Shown piece after piece: positions 33,186 to 45,732 of a DNA stretch of 64,000 bases. Position numbers and translations under genes: made by a program. The DNA is taken from NCBI GenBank assembly GCA_963836185.1, contig CAWIIQ010000003.1:64001-128000 (forward strand), written 5' to 3'. The stretch comes from Candidatus Krumholzibacteriia bacterium (GTDB lineage: Bacteria; Krumholzibacteriota; Krumholzibacteriia; Krumholzibacteriales; Krumholzibacteriaceae). Position 1 is the stretch's first letter; each line of letters starts with the position of its first letter. Below the pieces are notes generated by a model, which did not search any database, was not told where the DNA came from, and worked only from the letters and a program-made list of their open reading frames with translations.

Positions 33186-34056
33186 TCAGAGCTTGAGGAA
33201 CCGGCGCATCGCCGAATAGCTTCCGACCGCGCCGAGCAAGGCGCAGAAGAACACGAATCCGCCGAGAGCGTCGTACCTCATGAATACAAGCCCGGGGAGG
33301 TATTTCGACGAGAGCGTATAGATCACAGCGAGGAGCGCGATCGCAATGAGCGAAGCTGCCATCCCCTGGAGGGCGCCCTCGAGGATGAAGGGAATGCGTA
33401 TGAAGGCGTTCGTCGCGCCGACGAGCTTCATCACATCTATCGTCGTGCGCCTGTGCAGCACGGTCAGCCTTACGGTATTGTATATGACGAATATCACGGA
33501 GAGGAATATGATCAGGCCGAAGGCGAGGTCGATTATGTATATCCCCTTCGCGAGCCGTCTCGCCCCTCTCGAACCATTTCTTGCCGTAACGGACCTCCTC
33601 GACCCCTTCCCACTTCTCCGTCGCTGCCGCGATCGAAGCGAGGAACTCGCTCGTTATGTAACCCTGCTTGGGCTTCACCCTGAACGCGTCGGGAAGAGGG
33701 TTCTCCACGAGCTCGTCGAGAAGGTCGCTCTCCTCGCCGAGCATCTCCCTGAACTCGATCAGCGCCTCGTCCTTCGATATGAACGAGACCTCTTCGATGC
33801 CGCGAAACCCGAGGAGCTTGAGCTGTATATCCTGCGTCACTTCCTGATCGAGCCCATCCTCGAGATAGACGAAGAGCCGCATCTCCTCGCTCGTCTTGTC
33901 TATCAGGCTCGCCATGTTGAGCGTCACCATCAGGAAGACGACGAGGATCAGCAGGGAGAGGCCCATGATGATCACGGCGATCGTGTTCCCGCCCTTCCTC
34001 CTGCCGAGGTTGGTCATCATCTCGTCGATCATGTATTTCGCGGTCCGGAGATTCAT
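33186..34056 (-). CDS. ftsX: Cell division permease FtsX (frameshift near 33560)
   Basis: SKDEAL, NPLPDAF, NTVRLTV, MKLVGAT, IRIPFILEG. Confidence 0.92.
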
Positions 34057-34840
34057 TCCGTCTCCTCGTCGTCCCGAATATCGTGATCGGAGAGCTGTTC
34101 CGCTCTTCGCGCCACCCTCGACTCGTCGAGCCTGTCGCGCACGTCGCCCACGAATATCATCTCGCGGTCGCGGGCGATCTTCCCGTCCTCGAGGTAGATT
34201 ATCCTCTGCCCGAAGCTCTGCACCATCTCTATGTCGTGAGTGGCCATCAGCACCGCCGTGCCGCCGGCGTTGATCTTGAAGAGGAGCTCGATCACATTCT
34301 TCGTCGCCATGGCGTCGAGGTTCCCCGTCGGCTCGTCGGCAAGGAGGATGGCGGGCCTGTTGGCTACCGCCCGGCGATCGCGACCCTCTGCTGCTCCCCG
34401 CCCGAGAGGGCCCGGGGGAAGTCGTGCCGCTTGTGATAGAGGCCGACATATGTGAGTATCTCTGTGACTCTCTGCTTTATCTCGCCCATCTGCGTGCCGG
34501 TGACCTTCATCGCCAGCGCGATATTCTCGAATACCGTCCTGTCCTCTATCAGCCGGAAATCCTGGAAGACGATGCCGATCTTCCTGCGCAGGGCGGGAAT
34601 CGTCTTTCTCGTGACACGGGTCGAGACGAAGGGGCCGACTACGATCTGGCCCTCGTCCGGCCTGTCGTCCATGTACATCATCCTCAGCAGGGTGCTCTTC
34701 CCCGCGCCGCTCGGCCCGACGAGGAAGACGAACTCGCCGTTGGTCACCTGCATGTTTATATCGGTCAGCGAGAAGTGCCTGCCGAGATCCTTCGAGAGGT
34801 GATAGACGCCCGCGATGATCCTCTGTTCCTGTGAGCTCAT
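34053..34840 (-). CDS. ftsE: Cell division ATP-binding protein FtsE (frameshift near 34370)
   Basis: GPSGAGKST, VFQDFRL, LSGGEQQRVAIA, LADEPTGNLD, ATHD. Confidence 0.93.
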
Positions 34841-35868
34841 CCGGCCGCCCTCCTCTCCGTCTGCCGTGTGCGGCAGCAGTGCACGGCGAGCTCGAGCGCC
34901 GAGGCGAGGCTTCCGCTCTCCGCCTCTCCCCTGCCGGCGATATCATACGCGGTCCCGTGGCAGACCGAGGTCCTGACGGCGGGCAGCCCGATCGTCATGT
35001 TCACGCCCCGGTCGAACCCGGACATCTTGAAGGGGATCATTCCCTGGTCGTGGTAGAGGGCGACGAAGGCGTCGCATCCTCTCTTTTCGGGGTGGTAGAA
35101 GAGAGTGTCCGCCGGGAAGGGCCCGCGCGCGTCGATTCCTTCCCGGGCCAGTTCCTCGATCGCCGGTATGATCACTTCGTCTTCCTCGGTGCCTGTCACT
35201 CCGCCGTCACCCCCGTGAGGATTGAGGGCGGCTATGTCGATGCGGGGGCTCTCTATCCCCCAGAGTTCCCTGAGCGCGGTGTCGGTGACCCTGACTCCCG
35301 TCATGAGCCTCCTGGCGGTAACAGCCGAAGGCACGTCGACAAGCGGGATGTCGCGGGTGAGTATAACTATCCGCAGCGCGCCGGAGACCATTATCATCTG
35401 GCAGTCGGGCGCGTCGAGAAGGTCGGAGAGCATGTCCGTGTGGCCGATGTAGCTGTACCCGGCGAGCCCCAGCGCCTCCTTCGAGATCGGGCCCGTTACG
35501 ATACCCTCGATGATCCCTTCGGAGGCGAGTCTCGCCGCCGCTTCGACCGCCTCGCCCGAGACGGCGCCACCGGCCGCGCTCGGCCCTCCGGCGGGGACGT
35601 CCCGCCCCTTTCCTGTATCGATTATCACCGGCGAACCACCGGCGAGCGCTTCGAGAAGCTCCGGGCCAGCAACCGATCCAGTGCCGATCACGCGCGGCAC
35701 CCGCGCTCCCGCCTTCACTACCGCTTCCGTAATGGCTGAGGCTGACCCGATCAGCGCGATGTCCGCCCCGAGATCTGTCCCGGAGGCAAGAAGCGCCGCC
35801 GTGATCTCCGGCCCTATTCCGGCGGGATCGCCGACCGTAAGCGCTATCTGTATCCGCCGCTCCATCAT
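34837..35868 (-). CDS. pdxA: 4-hydroxythreonine-4-phosphate dehydrogenase
   Basis: GDPAGIGPEI, TGPISK, GHTD, LNPH, YHDQG, RTSVCHGTAYDIAG. Confidence 0.93.
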   Translation of the reverse strand: MMERRIQIALTVGDPAGIGPEITAALLASGTDLGADIALIGSASAITEAVVKAGARVPRVIGTGSVAGPELLEALAGGSPVIIDTGKGRDVPAGGPSAAGGAVSGEAVEAAARLASEGIIEGIVTGPISKEALGLAGYSYIGHTDMLSDLLDAPDCQMIMVSGALRIVILTRDIPLVDVPSAVTARRLMTGVRVTDTALRELWGIESPRIDIAALNPHGGDGGVTGTEEDEVIIPAIEELAREGIDARGPFPADTLFYHPEKRGCDAFVALYHDQGMIPFKMSGFDRGVNMTIGLPAVRTSVCHGTAYDIAGRGEAESGSLASALELAVHCCRTRQTERRAAG

Positions 35869-36125
35869 TCTTTTCCAGTCTCCCTGACCACGCGGTAATA
35901 TCCGGGCGCGTCTTTTCTCGCCACCTGCCCCGGCGGCATCTCGAGGATCTCGACAACGAGGGAATGCCCCGGCTGCCTGATCTCGATAATATCGCCTTCC
36001 GCCGCTACGCGCGACGGCTTTACAACCGCGCCGTTGATCGTGACGCTTCCCGTCTCGCATCCCTTTCTCGCGAGGCTTCTCGTCTTGACGAGACAGAGCG
36101 TCTTGAGAAGGGAATCTATCCTCAT
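35865..36125 (-). CDS. S4-domain RNA-binding protein (Hsp15/YabO-RqcP family)
   Basis: MRIDSLLKTLCLVKTRSLARKGCETGSVTINGAVVKPS. Confidence 0.88.
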   Translation of the reverse strand: MRIDSLLKTLCLVKTRSLARKGCETGSVTINGAVVKPSRVAAEGDIIEIRQPGHSLVVEILEMPPGQVARKDAPGYYRVVRETGKE

Positions 36126-36144
36126 CGCCTCATCCCTCATCATC

Positions 36145-37537
36145 TCATCCACTTCCCGTGCTCTTGTGCTGCACGTCCGATTCCACGCCGATCTTTATGT
36201 CGACGTAGTATATGCCCTTGAGCTCGTGGACGTATTCCGCGAACTTCTCCATTCTCTTCTGCTGCAGGAGATGGCTCTCCAGCTCCATTTTCGCTTCCTG
36301 GTAAGTGTAGGGACGCGCCGGATTCTTCTCCAGCACCTTTATTATCCTGAATCCCGCGTCTTCCTTGACGACAGGCGAGATCCCGCCGACCTCCGTCTCT
36401 CTCAGTATGTCGAGGAGATAGTCGTTCTTGCCGACAAGCGCCTCGAGGGGGAGCTCGTTGGCGATGACTCCGCCGTTGTTCCTGGTCTTGTCGTCCGCTG
36501 AATATTTCGCGGCGGCTATCGCGAAATCGAGGCCGTCAAGTATCTCTTTCCTGATATTCTCTGCCCTCACCGCCGCATCGGCGACCTGGGTGTCATCCGT
36601 CTCCACCTTTATCAGTATGTGCCGCAGCTTGACCTGGTCCCCCCTGACATCCTCGAGCTTGATCAGGTGCCACCCGAATCTCGTCAAGCACCGGGGGGCT
36701 GACCTCACCGACGATGAGTTTTCTCGCCGCATTCTCGAATGGCGGGCTTCCGAGGTCATCGAGCTGGATATATCCGAGGCTTCCCCCGAATTTCGAGCTC
36801 GGGTCCTCCGAGTACTGCTCTGCCGCCTTTTCGAATTCCATCCCCGCCTTTATCTGGTCCTCGACCGCCTTGATCCTCTCGAGCGAGGCGTTGCTCGCCT
36901 CGTCGGCTAAACCCGGCATGATGACTATCTGCGCGAGCTTCATCGTCGACGGCCTCTTCGGCAGCTCGTTCTGGTGCTCCCTGTAGTACTGCCTTACCTC
37001 TGAATCGGTGACGGTGACATCCTTGAACACCTCGCCCCTGAGGAGCTGCTCGATCAGGTATCTCGACCTGATCTTTTCCTTCCACTGGGAGCGGAGCTGC
37101 TGAAGGGTCAGGCCCGCCTTCTCCAGCTCCCTGTTGAAGATCTCGTCGCTGCCCGCGTTTCGCCGGCTGTCCTCGAGCGCTCTCTCGAGCTCTTCCTCTA
37201 CGGCCTCGTCCGGGACCACGACCCCGGTCTTGTCGGCGTGCACGGCAAGAAGCTGGTCGGAAACAAGCTGCTCGAGTATCTGCGCGCGGAGCTGCGCTTC
37301 CTGGTCGGATGGAAGCGAGGTCGTCTGGTTCTGGAAGAGGTACTGCTTGTACTCCATATCCATCTCGCTCTGGAGGATCGCCCGGTCCTCGACCACGGCG
37401 ATGACCCTGTCGATCACCTCGCCCTTCGGCTGGCCGCTCTTCTCGCTCTCCGGCTGGACCTCCTGCGCGAAGACCGCGGCCGCGGCGAGCAGCACGGCGG
37501 TCAGCGCCGCCGCTGATATCCTTGACTTCATCATCAT
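36145..37537 (-). CDS. surA: SurA-like periplasmic peptidyl-prolyl isomerase (frameshift near 36690)
   Basis: IDRVIAVVEDRAIL N-terminal domain; two parvulin domains (AEQYSED..GGSLG; FGWHLIK; AAKYSAD..NGG). Confidence 0.8.
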
Positions 37538-37544
37538 CCTTCCA

Positions 37545-38426
37545 TTATCGATCGTATCGGCCGCAGACCGTGTCAGCCGGCGGGGTGTCCCCCGAATAGT
37601 CACCGGCGAAATATTCCACTTCGGTGATCCCGTGACAGCCTGTCGATCAGCTCGCGGTATGCCGCGTTCCTCCTGGCCATCACCAGCTGGTTCATTATCC
37701 TCTCGCGGACATCGTCGAGCTCGACCTTGACCTGCGCCTCGCGCGTCCCGACGAGTTTGATTATGTGATAGCCGAACTCGGACTGCACGATATCGCTGAT
37801 CTCGCCCGGCTTCATGTCGAAGACGACCGTCTCGAAGGCCGGTATCATGTTTCCCTTGGTCAGGTAGCCGAGATCGCCGCCCCTGCGGGCGACCGGATCG
37901 ACCGAGTGCCTGTTGGCGACCCAGGTGAAGCTATTCTTTTCGAGCATCTCCTCGACCTGCAGCGCTTCCTCGAGCGAGTTGACCATGATATGGCTGACCC
38001 TGTATTCGTATATGTACTGGTCCCTGTTGATCCGCGAAATATTCCTCGATCTCCTCTTCGGAGACCTCGATCCTCTCGCGCAGCTCGATAAATGTCAGGT
38101 GGTCGGCGAGAAACTCTCTCTCGAGGCTCTCGAGCCTCGCTCTTATCCTCGGATCGTTGTGGAGACCCCTCCTGACCGCCTCGCCGTACAAGCAATTCCA
38201 CCTCGACCCACTGGCGTACCCAGGCGGCTTTCTCCGACGCGGAAAAGGGCGTCTTGTCGCCGGCGGGAAGAAGTATCTCAAGGTGGCTCCCCGTAAGGAC
38301 ATTCCCGTCGACCATGACGATCGCGTCGGGGGGAAGGGAGGAGTCGTCACGCACGTCCCCGCCCCCGCATCCCGCAACCAGCAGGAGCAGGATGAGGAGG
38401 GCGGATCGAACCGTGCGCCTGTTCAT
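37545..38426 (-). CDS. PpiC-type peptidyl-prolyl isomerase lipoprotein (several frameshifts)
   Basis: VAGC lipobox; SHIMV, HSVDP..RGGDLGY, FGYHIIK. Confidence 0.8.
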
Positions 38427-38449
38427 ATCGATTTTCCGGGCCCTTCCGA

Positions 38450-40150
38450 TCAGAGCCGGGTCCTTTTCAACTCGGCCCCGGCCAGGGCTTTCTCATCTAT
38501 CTCGATTGTAAAGTCCTCACGCCATTTTTCGAGCTTCACGTTAAGATGCTCTTCGTACCTCTTCTCGAGAAGTGTCTTTTTGATAGTCATCGAGGCTTCC
38601 TCGAATGTCGGCAGCCTCTCCTCCTCGATCGTCTCGACCTTCAGCACGGCCCAGCCTCTCGAGGTCTGGAAAGGCGGCGATATCGATCCGGGGCCGTCGA
38701 GCATGAATCCGACCTCATCGTATTCCGGGATGTTGCCCTTGACGTGAAGCCCGGTAAGACCCAGCGTCTCCTTCGCGGTTTCATCCACCGAATACTTCCC
38801 GATAAGCTTGGTGAAGTGCCATCCCCTCCAGAGCCTTCTCATAGACTTTCTGAGCATCTTCCGGTGTGGCTACGAGGATGACGGCGAAATCTCTCATCTC
38901 CATCCTCATCAGCTGGTCGAGATTCTCGGCGTAATAATCCCGCATATCCACCATCGTCACGGTGACCTCATCCTTGATCTGGTCCTCATACAGCTTCTGA
39001 ACAAGGAACATCTCTTTCTTGTTATCGTAGTTCTTCTTCACTTCGGGGATCTCGAGGATCTTCGCTTCCTCAACGGCATAGACGGGAAGGATCTGGTCGA
39101 AGACGATCCTGTGCATCTTCTCGATGATACCCTTGCGCCCGAACTGCTCTTCTCGGCCTGTCGGGAAGGCTCAGGCCGTAATAGATCTCCTCGAAATCGC
39201 CGATCGTATAGCTGCCGTCCTCATACTGGCAGATCAGCTTGTCCTGGAATTGCGGATCTATTTTCAGCCTCGGGGCGTTCTCCCGGGTGACCTTGTACGA
39301 CATTATATCCTCGTACGGGATGTCCTCGGGCAGTCCGTCGAATGCGATGTTGACCGCGTCGGTGAAGAACTGCAGGCCGATGTCCTCCTCGATCTGCTCC
39401 TTCAGCGCCTCTATGCCCTTCTTCTCCTTGATCGCCTTCACGCGCTTCGCGGCCCATATCTCATCGTACGAAGGCTCTACCTTGCGTTTCCTGTGTACCT
39501 TTATGATCGCCCAGCCGGTCGATGTCTTCAGCGGCTCCGAGATATCCCCGCTCTGCATGCCGAAGAGCGCCTCTTCCACCCACCAGTGGATCCTTCCGAC
39601 AGCGTTGGCTCCGACATATCCACCATGCTCCGCGCCTGTACCGATCGAGTACTTCTTGGCCAGCTCGGCGAAATCCTCGCCGGCGAGAGCCTTCTCACGG
39701 ACCTCGATGATCTCGTCCTCGTTGGCCGTGACGATCTGGCTGAGGGTATACTCGTAGTGCATCTCCCGGAAATACGCGGCGACTTCCTCGTCTGTGACCA
39801 CTACTTCTGCGCGCCACCAGGTAATCCATCATCTGCGCGACGATGAAGGGATTCTTGTACTGCCCCCAGACGTTGACGAACCATTCTTCCTTCTCGTACC
39901 CCATAGCGAGGGCCTTGAGGGCCATGACTTCCTTGTTTATCATGTGGTTGAGAAGTGCTTTCTTCCCTTCGAGATCGTCCGTCGCGGGCAGGAATTTCGT
40001 GTCTATCGTCTCCGAGACCAGCTCGAAATCGGCTACGGTGATCTCTCTCGTATCGACCCTGGCGACTACCTGCGTGCTGTTATCCTTCTCTCCACAGCCT
40101 GCCGTGACGGCCAGGATCGCGATCGCAAAAACCAGTATTGCCCTTCTCAA
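38450..40150 (-). CDS. PrsA/PpiD-like peptidyl-prolyl isomerase lipoprotein (several frameshifts)
   Basis: TAGC lipobox; FAELAKKYS, SEPLKTSTGWAIIK, SPPFQTSRGWAVLK. Confidence 0.8.
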
Positions 40151-40231
40151 TGCTCTCTCCTTCCGGAACTCTGGTCCATCTTCCTGTTATTCAGGGCGTT
40201 TCCGCCCATGGTGCGTATCAGTTAAACTATT

Positions 40232-43200
40232 CTATTTATCAAAAAATTCCAATAAATTCAACAGACTTTCGAGATCGGCCGTCCCCGGCTGGGAGGACCA
40301 CAGGTCATCATCCGGGTACTTTTCGTTCCCCGGAGGAGAGACCGTCATCGAAAAACCCTTCTCCATGTGGAAGGTGAGCCTTCCCTCGAACTCCTTCGCG
40401 ATCTCTGCGATCAGTTTCCTGGGTGGGGTGCCTTGCGGCGTAAACACCGCTTTTACAACGCCTTTCGTGTCGATCTCTACGCTGTCGAGCCCGGCGGCAG
40501 CCGCTCTCGCCCTGAATTCGACGAGTTTGACCATATTCTCTCCCGGCGGCGGCGGCGGCGCCGAACCTGTCGATGAGCTCGCTCCGCATCGCGCCGACCT
40601 CCTCGATCCCGCGGACCCGGCTCAACCTGCGATATATGTCCATCCTCTCCTCGGAGTCGGAGACGTAGCTGTCGGGCAGGTATGCCGGCACGGGGACCGA
40701 TATCCTCGCCTCCTGCTCTTCCTCGACCTCTTCGCCCCGCCTCCTGGCCACTTCTTCCCTGATCATTCTCGAATAGAGATCGAGCCCGACCGCGTTGATC
40801 TGGCCCGACTGCTGGTGGCCGAGGAAGTTACCCGCCCCGCGGATCTCGAGGTCCCTCATCGCTATCCGGTAGCCGGCGCCGAGATAATCGAATTCGGTGA
40901 TCGCCTGGAGGCGCCTGATCGCGGTGGAGGTCACCCCTCCCCCCTTCGGGATCAGAAGGTAGGCGTAAGCTTTCCTGTCCGAGCGCCCGACGCGCCCCCT
41001 GAGCTGGTAGAGCTGAGCGAGGCCGAACCTGTCGGACCGGTTTATTATGATCGTGTTGACGTTGGGGAAATCGAGCCCCGCCTCTATTATCATCGTGCTG
41101 AGAAGGACGTCGAACTTCTTCTCGACGAAATCTATCATTATCCGCTCGAGATCCCGCTCTTTCATCTGCCCGTGGGCGTGGGCGATCCTCACCCGGTCGG
41201 GCAGAAGCCTGCGCGAGGTAGCCTTCCATCACCTCGATCGACTGGACGCGGTTGTGGACGAAGAAGACCTGCCCGCCGCGGCCGATCTCGCGCATCACCG
41301 CCTCGCGGATACTCTCGTCGTCGAAGGGAAGTATCTCGGTATGGATCGGCAGCCTGTTGCGCGGGGGCGTGTCGATAACCGATATGTCCCGTATCCCCGA
41401 GATCGCCATCGAGAGCGTCCTCGGTATCGGAGTGGCGGTCATGCTCAGCACATCGACCGTCTTTTTCATCTTCTTGAGTCTTTCTTTCTGGGCGACGCCG
41501 AACCTGTGCTCCTCGTCTACGACGACGAGGCCGAGCTCGGCGAACTTTATGTCCTTCGAGAGGAGGCGGTGCGTGCCTATCAGGATATCGATCTTCCCGT
41601 CCACCACGCCTTCTACGACCTTCTTCCCCTCAGCCGCGGACACGAACCTGCTGAGCATCCCGATATTGACGGGAAAGCCCGTCAGCCGCTCCCTGAAAGT
41701 GTTATAGTGCTGCAGCGCGAGGACGGTCGTAGGGACGAGCACCGCCGCCTGCCGGCCGGCGAGGACCGCCTTGAACGCCGCTCGCACGGCGACCTCCGTC
41801 TTGCCGAAGCCGACGTCTCCGCAGAGGAGCCTGTCCATCGGCCTGAGGTTCTCCATGTCTGCCTTCACCTCGGAGGAGGCCTGCAGCTGGTGCGGGGTCT
41901 CCTCCCACGGGAAGGAGGCCTCCATCTCCTTCTGCCACGGCTTGTCGGGGCCGAAGGCGAAACCGTCGGTCATCTGGCGCGCCGCGTAGATCTCGATCAG
42001 GTCCTGGGCGATCAGGCCGGCGCTCTTGCGCGCCTTCTCCCTCGCCCGGTTCCAGACACCGCTCCCGAGGCGGGCCAGCGATGGCTGCGCTCCTTCGGCG
42101 GCGGTATATTTCTCTACCATCCTGAGCTGCGAGACGGGGATGAAGAGCCTGTCGTCCCCCTCGTACCTTATGTCGAGGCACTCGGTCCTGCTTCTCTCGA
42201 TATCGAGGACCCGCATCCCCATGTACCTGCCTATCCCGTGGCTGACGTGGACGACGAAGTCGCCCGGCTTGAAATGGGACGGATCGTAGACAAGGGACCT
42301 GCTTCTGGCGCGGGGAGAGTGCCACGGCCTGTGGAAGCGGCCGAAGACCTCCTCCTCGCTGAGAAAGACCATGCCGGTATCGGGCCATCTGAATCCGCTC
42401 GAGATCTCGCCGATCGGGAAAATCGATCTCGATAGCTACTTCGGAGAGGATATCCTCGGCCCTGCCCCTCTGGGTCTCGTTCGCGCAGAAGAGAAATATC
42501 CTTCTGCCCCGGTCGAGCTCCCTGCGGACATCGGCCACGAGCCCCTTTATGTTCCTGCGGTAATCACCGACCGCCGATGTGGAGAAACGCACATCGTCAC
42601 CGCCGGTGAGCGCGGTGAAATCGAGCCGTCCCGACGCCTCCTGCGCCGAGGCCCACTCCGGGCCGCCTGCGTAGACGAGATCGGGCGAAGGGTAGAGATT
42701 CTCCTCTCTCGACCTGTCATGCTGCCTCGCGGCCTCCTCCCTGAACTCTTCGATCAGAGACTCGATATCCTCGCTGTCGTAGAAGACGATCAGGGGGGGC
42801 TCCTCCCAGTAATCCGTCACGGGGACGACGTCGTGGACGATGGAGGCGTAATGCTCCATGCCGAAGAAATGTATCCCTGCCGCGAGCCGCTCGGCGGGAA
42901 GCATCATCTTCCTGCGCGCCTCCTCCTCGAGCCCTCCGCTCTCCTTCTCGAGAAAGGCTCCGAGTCTCGCTGATCCCCTCCCTGTCGGGGACAAGATGAT
43001 GCAGCGGGTGGACCCTGATCGATCCGGCCGCGGCGATCGACCGCTGCGTCTCTATATCGAAGGACCGGATGGAGGTTATCTCGTCGCCATCGAACTCCAT
43101 CCTTACCGGATCGACTGAGGTGACCTCGAAAAGATCGAGTATCCCTCCCCTCAGGGCGAACTGCCCCTTCTCCTCGACGATCCCGTGCCTCTCGTAACCG

Positions 43201-43679
43201 AGATGGACGAGGGTCTCCGCGAGTTCGTAGGGGTCTTTCTCATCTCCCGTGACCAGGTCGGCCAGGAGATCGAGGAATAATCCGGGCGCGAACACCTTCT
43301 TCAGGAGCGACGCGGGCGTGCAGACAAGAACGTCGCATCTCTTTTCGGCCATGGCGGCCAGCGCGGCCATCTGCATCCCGGTAAGGTTCCTGTCGGGATC
43401 GTGATAGTCATATGGAAGGATCTCATCCTCAGGATAGAAGATGACACGGCCGGCCCCGAAATGATCGAGATCGGCCGCGATATCCCTCGCCTTTACCGGA
43501 TCGGAAGCTACGACCACGATGCCCCTGCCCAGAAGGGGGGCTAGAGTCGAGAGCACGAGCGAGCGCGAGCTGCCCGTCAGGCCGCCGGCACGGGCGCCGG
43601 CGCCTCGCCGCGCCAGCTTTTGCGACAGTTCGAGGAACGGGGGCAGCTCCGAGATCTTCTTTCTGAGATCTTCCCACAT
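40232..43679 (-). CDS. mfd: Transcription-repair coupling factor (several frameshifts)
   Basis: GQFALRGGILD, VHVSHGIGRY, GDVGFGKTEVA, DEEHRFGV, TATPIPRTL, QLRGRVGRS, RDLEIRGAGN. Confidence 0.95.
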
Positions 43680-45727
43680 CAGCTCTTCTCTGCCCCGCTT
43701 TCTCTTCCGGGGCGCTGTGCCACGGCGAGTTCCGCTACGAGAAGGAGCGCGGCCGCTATAATCAGCACGTCGGCGATCTCTTTCCCCTCTCTCGCTTCCC
43801 TTACGGCTTTCGATATCCCCGCGTCCGCCCGTGCGGCCGCCCAGCTCTCAAGGCCGAGCGAATCGGCCGCCTCATCGGCTGTCATGTAGTCGAGAGAGGA
43901 CTCCCTGCCGCAGTCGGGGTTGACGGCGACCTGCCATTCTCCCTCCTCGCATCTGACCTCCAGGTACCCCTGCCTCTCTCCGGCGGGGACCGTCAGTCTT
44001 CCCGGTCCTGTCCGGACAGGATCGATATACTCCGTTCCCCCGGGCAGAGCTATCGAGCAGCCGCCGCTTCCCGGCAGCGCCACATCGACAGACGCTCCGA
44101 CAAGAGCGCCCTCCTTTCCCGGCGAAACGGAGAGGGGCGCAAGCGCCATCTGCTGCACAAGAGGGAGAAAGAACGGAGACAGCACGAGATCGCCGCTTTC
44201 TGGAAGCGGCGCGGCCGCGGCAAAGACGATCGCCCCTTCACCGGAGCGCTCGGCCCACACGAAGGGTGCGCCGTCCGAGAAGGAGAGCGCGGCGGTCCCG
44301 GGCGGAAGGCCCGTCACCCCGGCGCTTCTCGCGAACCGCAGGCTGGAGATGCCGTCGAGGTCGGCATCACTGAATATCGAGAGAATGGGGCTCTCTCTTC
44401 CGGGCCGTTCGAGCTCTGCGAAGCCGACCCCTCTTACGTGAGCCTTCACCGTTATGTCATGCGAGCTGAGCCCCTCGGCGAGCCCTTCCATCCCGGGCGA
44501 TATGAAGACCACGACCCTTCCGCCTTCAGCGGCAAACCTCTTCAGCAGCGCTGTGTCTTCCGGGCGTGTCTTTTCGCCGGGGCCTGCGATCACCACATCG
44601 GCTCCGGTGAGATCCGCGGTCGTGTATTCTCTCCAGCCCTTTCCGGTAAGGTCGATGTCGCCGTCCGCTCCGTCGGGGACGAGGGCCTGCTCGAGGAAAA
44701 AGGCGCCTTCTCCCGATATCAGAAGGACCGGCGTCTTTTCCCTTACAAGGAGTGTGAAGAGCCTCGTGTCGTCCGCGGGGAGCATGTCCTCTCGGCAGCT
44801 GACGCGCCCGCGGATCCAGCCCGCCCTCCCGGCATCGAATTCGAATATATGTTCCGCTGCGCCGCCCGGCGGAAGCTCTATCTCCTTCTCCACGATCCGT
44901 CGCCCGTCGAGATCGACACGAAGCGGGAAGCCCGCGGGCCGGTCGGGAGATGTGTTGCGCACGAATACCCTCAGCGCGGCCGCCTCTCCCCTGTGGAGCG
45001 CTGAGCCGGGAAGTATCACCTTTTCAACCGCGACGTTGGGGCCCGACGCGGGAATCACGGGAACGAGGAAGACCCTCATCCTCCCCGGCACCTTCACCTC
45101 TTCTCCGGCCGCAAGACCGGTCCTCTGAAAATCGGAGATGATGAAAAGCTCTCTCGCCGTCCTTCTGCTCGATTCCAGAAGGGATATCCCGTGCCCCGCG
45201 GCTCCTCTCAGCGAGGTCCCTCTCAGCGAGGTCCCCGCGCCGGCAAGGGCGCCTGCCGCAGCGGCCCGTCCCGTCCTCTCCGCGGTGAATATCTCTTCTA
45301 CGCCCTCATCGAAGAGGGCGATCGTCAGCTCGTCATCCTCTTCGAGGCTTCCGGCTATATCGAGGGCCGCGGCGGCGGCAGCGTCGAACGCGGTCCCCGC
45401 GCTCCCCCGCACCCCCATGCTGTAGCTGCGGTCGATCATCACCACGACCGACTTCGGCTCCTTACCTGGAAAGAGGGACGCGGTCCTGCCGGTGATCACC
45501 GGCCTCGCGAATGCCAGGGCGATAAGCGCGATCGCCGCTGTCCGGAGCGCGAGAAGGATAAGCCTTCGGAGGTTTATCCTTCTCATGCTCTTGCGGTCCG
45601 ATCTCTCGAGAAAGCGAAGCGAACTGAACGGGACCTCGCGCGTCCGGCGCCGGCTGAGCAGATGTATCAGCAGAGGGACCGCCGAAGCGGCCAGAGCGAA
45701 GAGAAATGCGGGGTTGAGAAAATTCAT
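43679..45727 (-). CDS. BatA N-terminal plus vWA domain membrane protein
   Basis: MNFLNP...PLLIHL..R...FSSLRFL, ARP; MIDAS DRSYSM and ISDFQ; C-terminal TM segment. Confidence 0.85.
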   Translation of the reverse strand: MNFLNPAFLFALAASAVPLLIHLLSRRRTREVPFSSLRFLERSDRKSMRRINLRRLILLALRTAAIALIALAFARPVITGRTASLFPGKEPKSVVVMIDRSYSMGVRGSAGTAFDAAAAAALDIAGSLEEDDELTIALFDEGVEEIFTAERTGRAAAAGALAGAGTSLRGTSLRGAAGHGISLLESSRRTARELFIISDFQRTGLAAGEEVKVPGRMRVFLVPVIPASGPNVAVEKVILPGSALHRGEAAALRVFVRNTSPDRPAGFPLRVDLDGRRIVEKEIELPPGGAAEHIFEFDAGRAGWIRGRVSCREDMLPADDTRLFTLLVREKTPVLLISGEGAFFLEQALVPDGADGDIDLTGKGWREYTTADLTGADVVIAGPGEKTRPEDTALLKRFAAEGGRVVVFISPGMEGLAEGLSSHDITVKAHVRGVGFAELERPGRESPILSIFSDADLDGISSLRFARSAGVTGLPPGTAALSFSDGAPFVWAERSGEGAIVFAAAAPLPESGDLVLSPFFLPLVQQMALAPLSVSPGKEGALVGASVDVALPGSGGCSIALPGGTEYIDPVRTGPGRLTVPAGERQGYLEVRCEEGEWQVAVNPDCGRESSLDYMTADEAADSLGLESWAAARADAGISKAVREAREGKEIADVLIIAAALLLVAELAVAQRPGRESGAEKS

Positions 45728-45732
45728 GCCGG

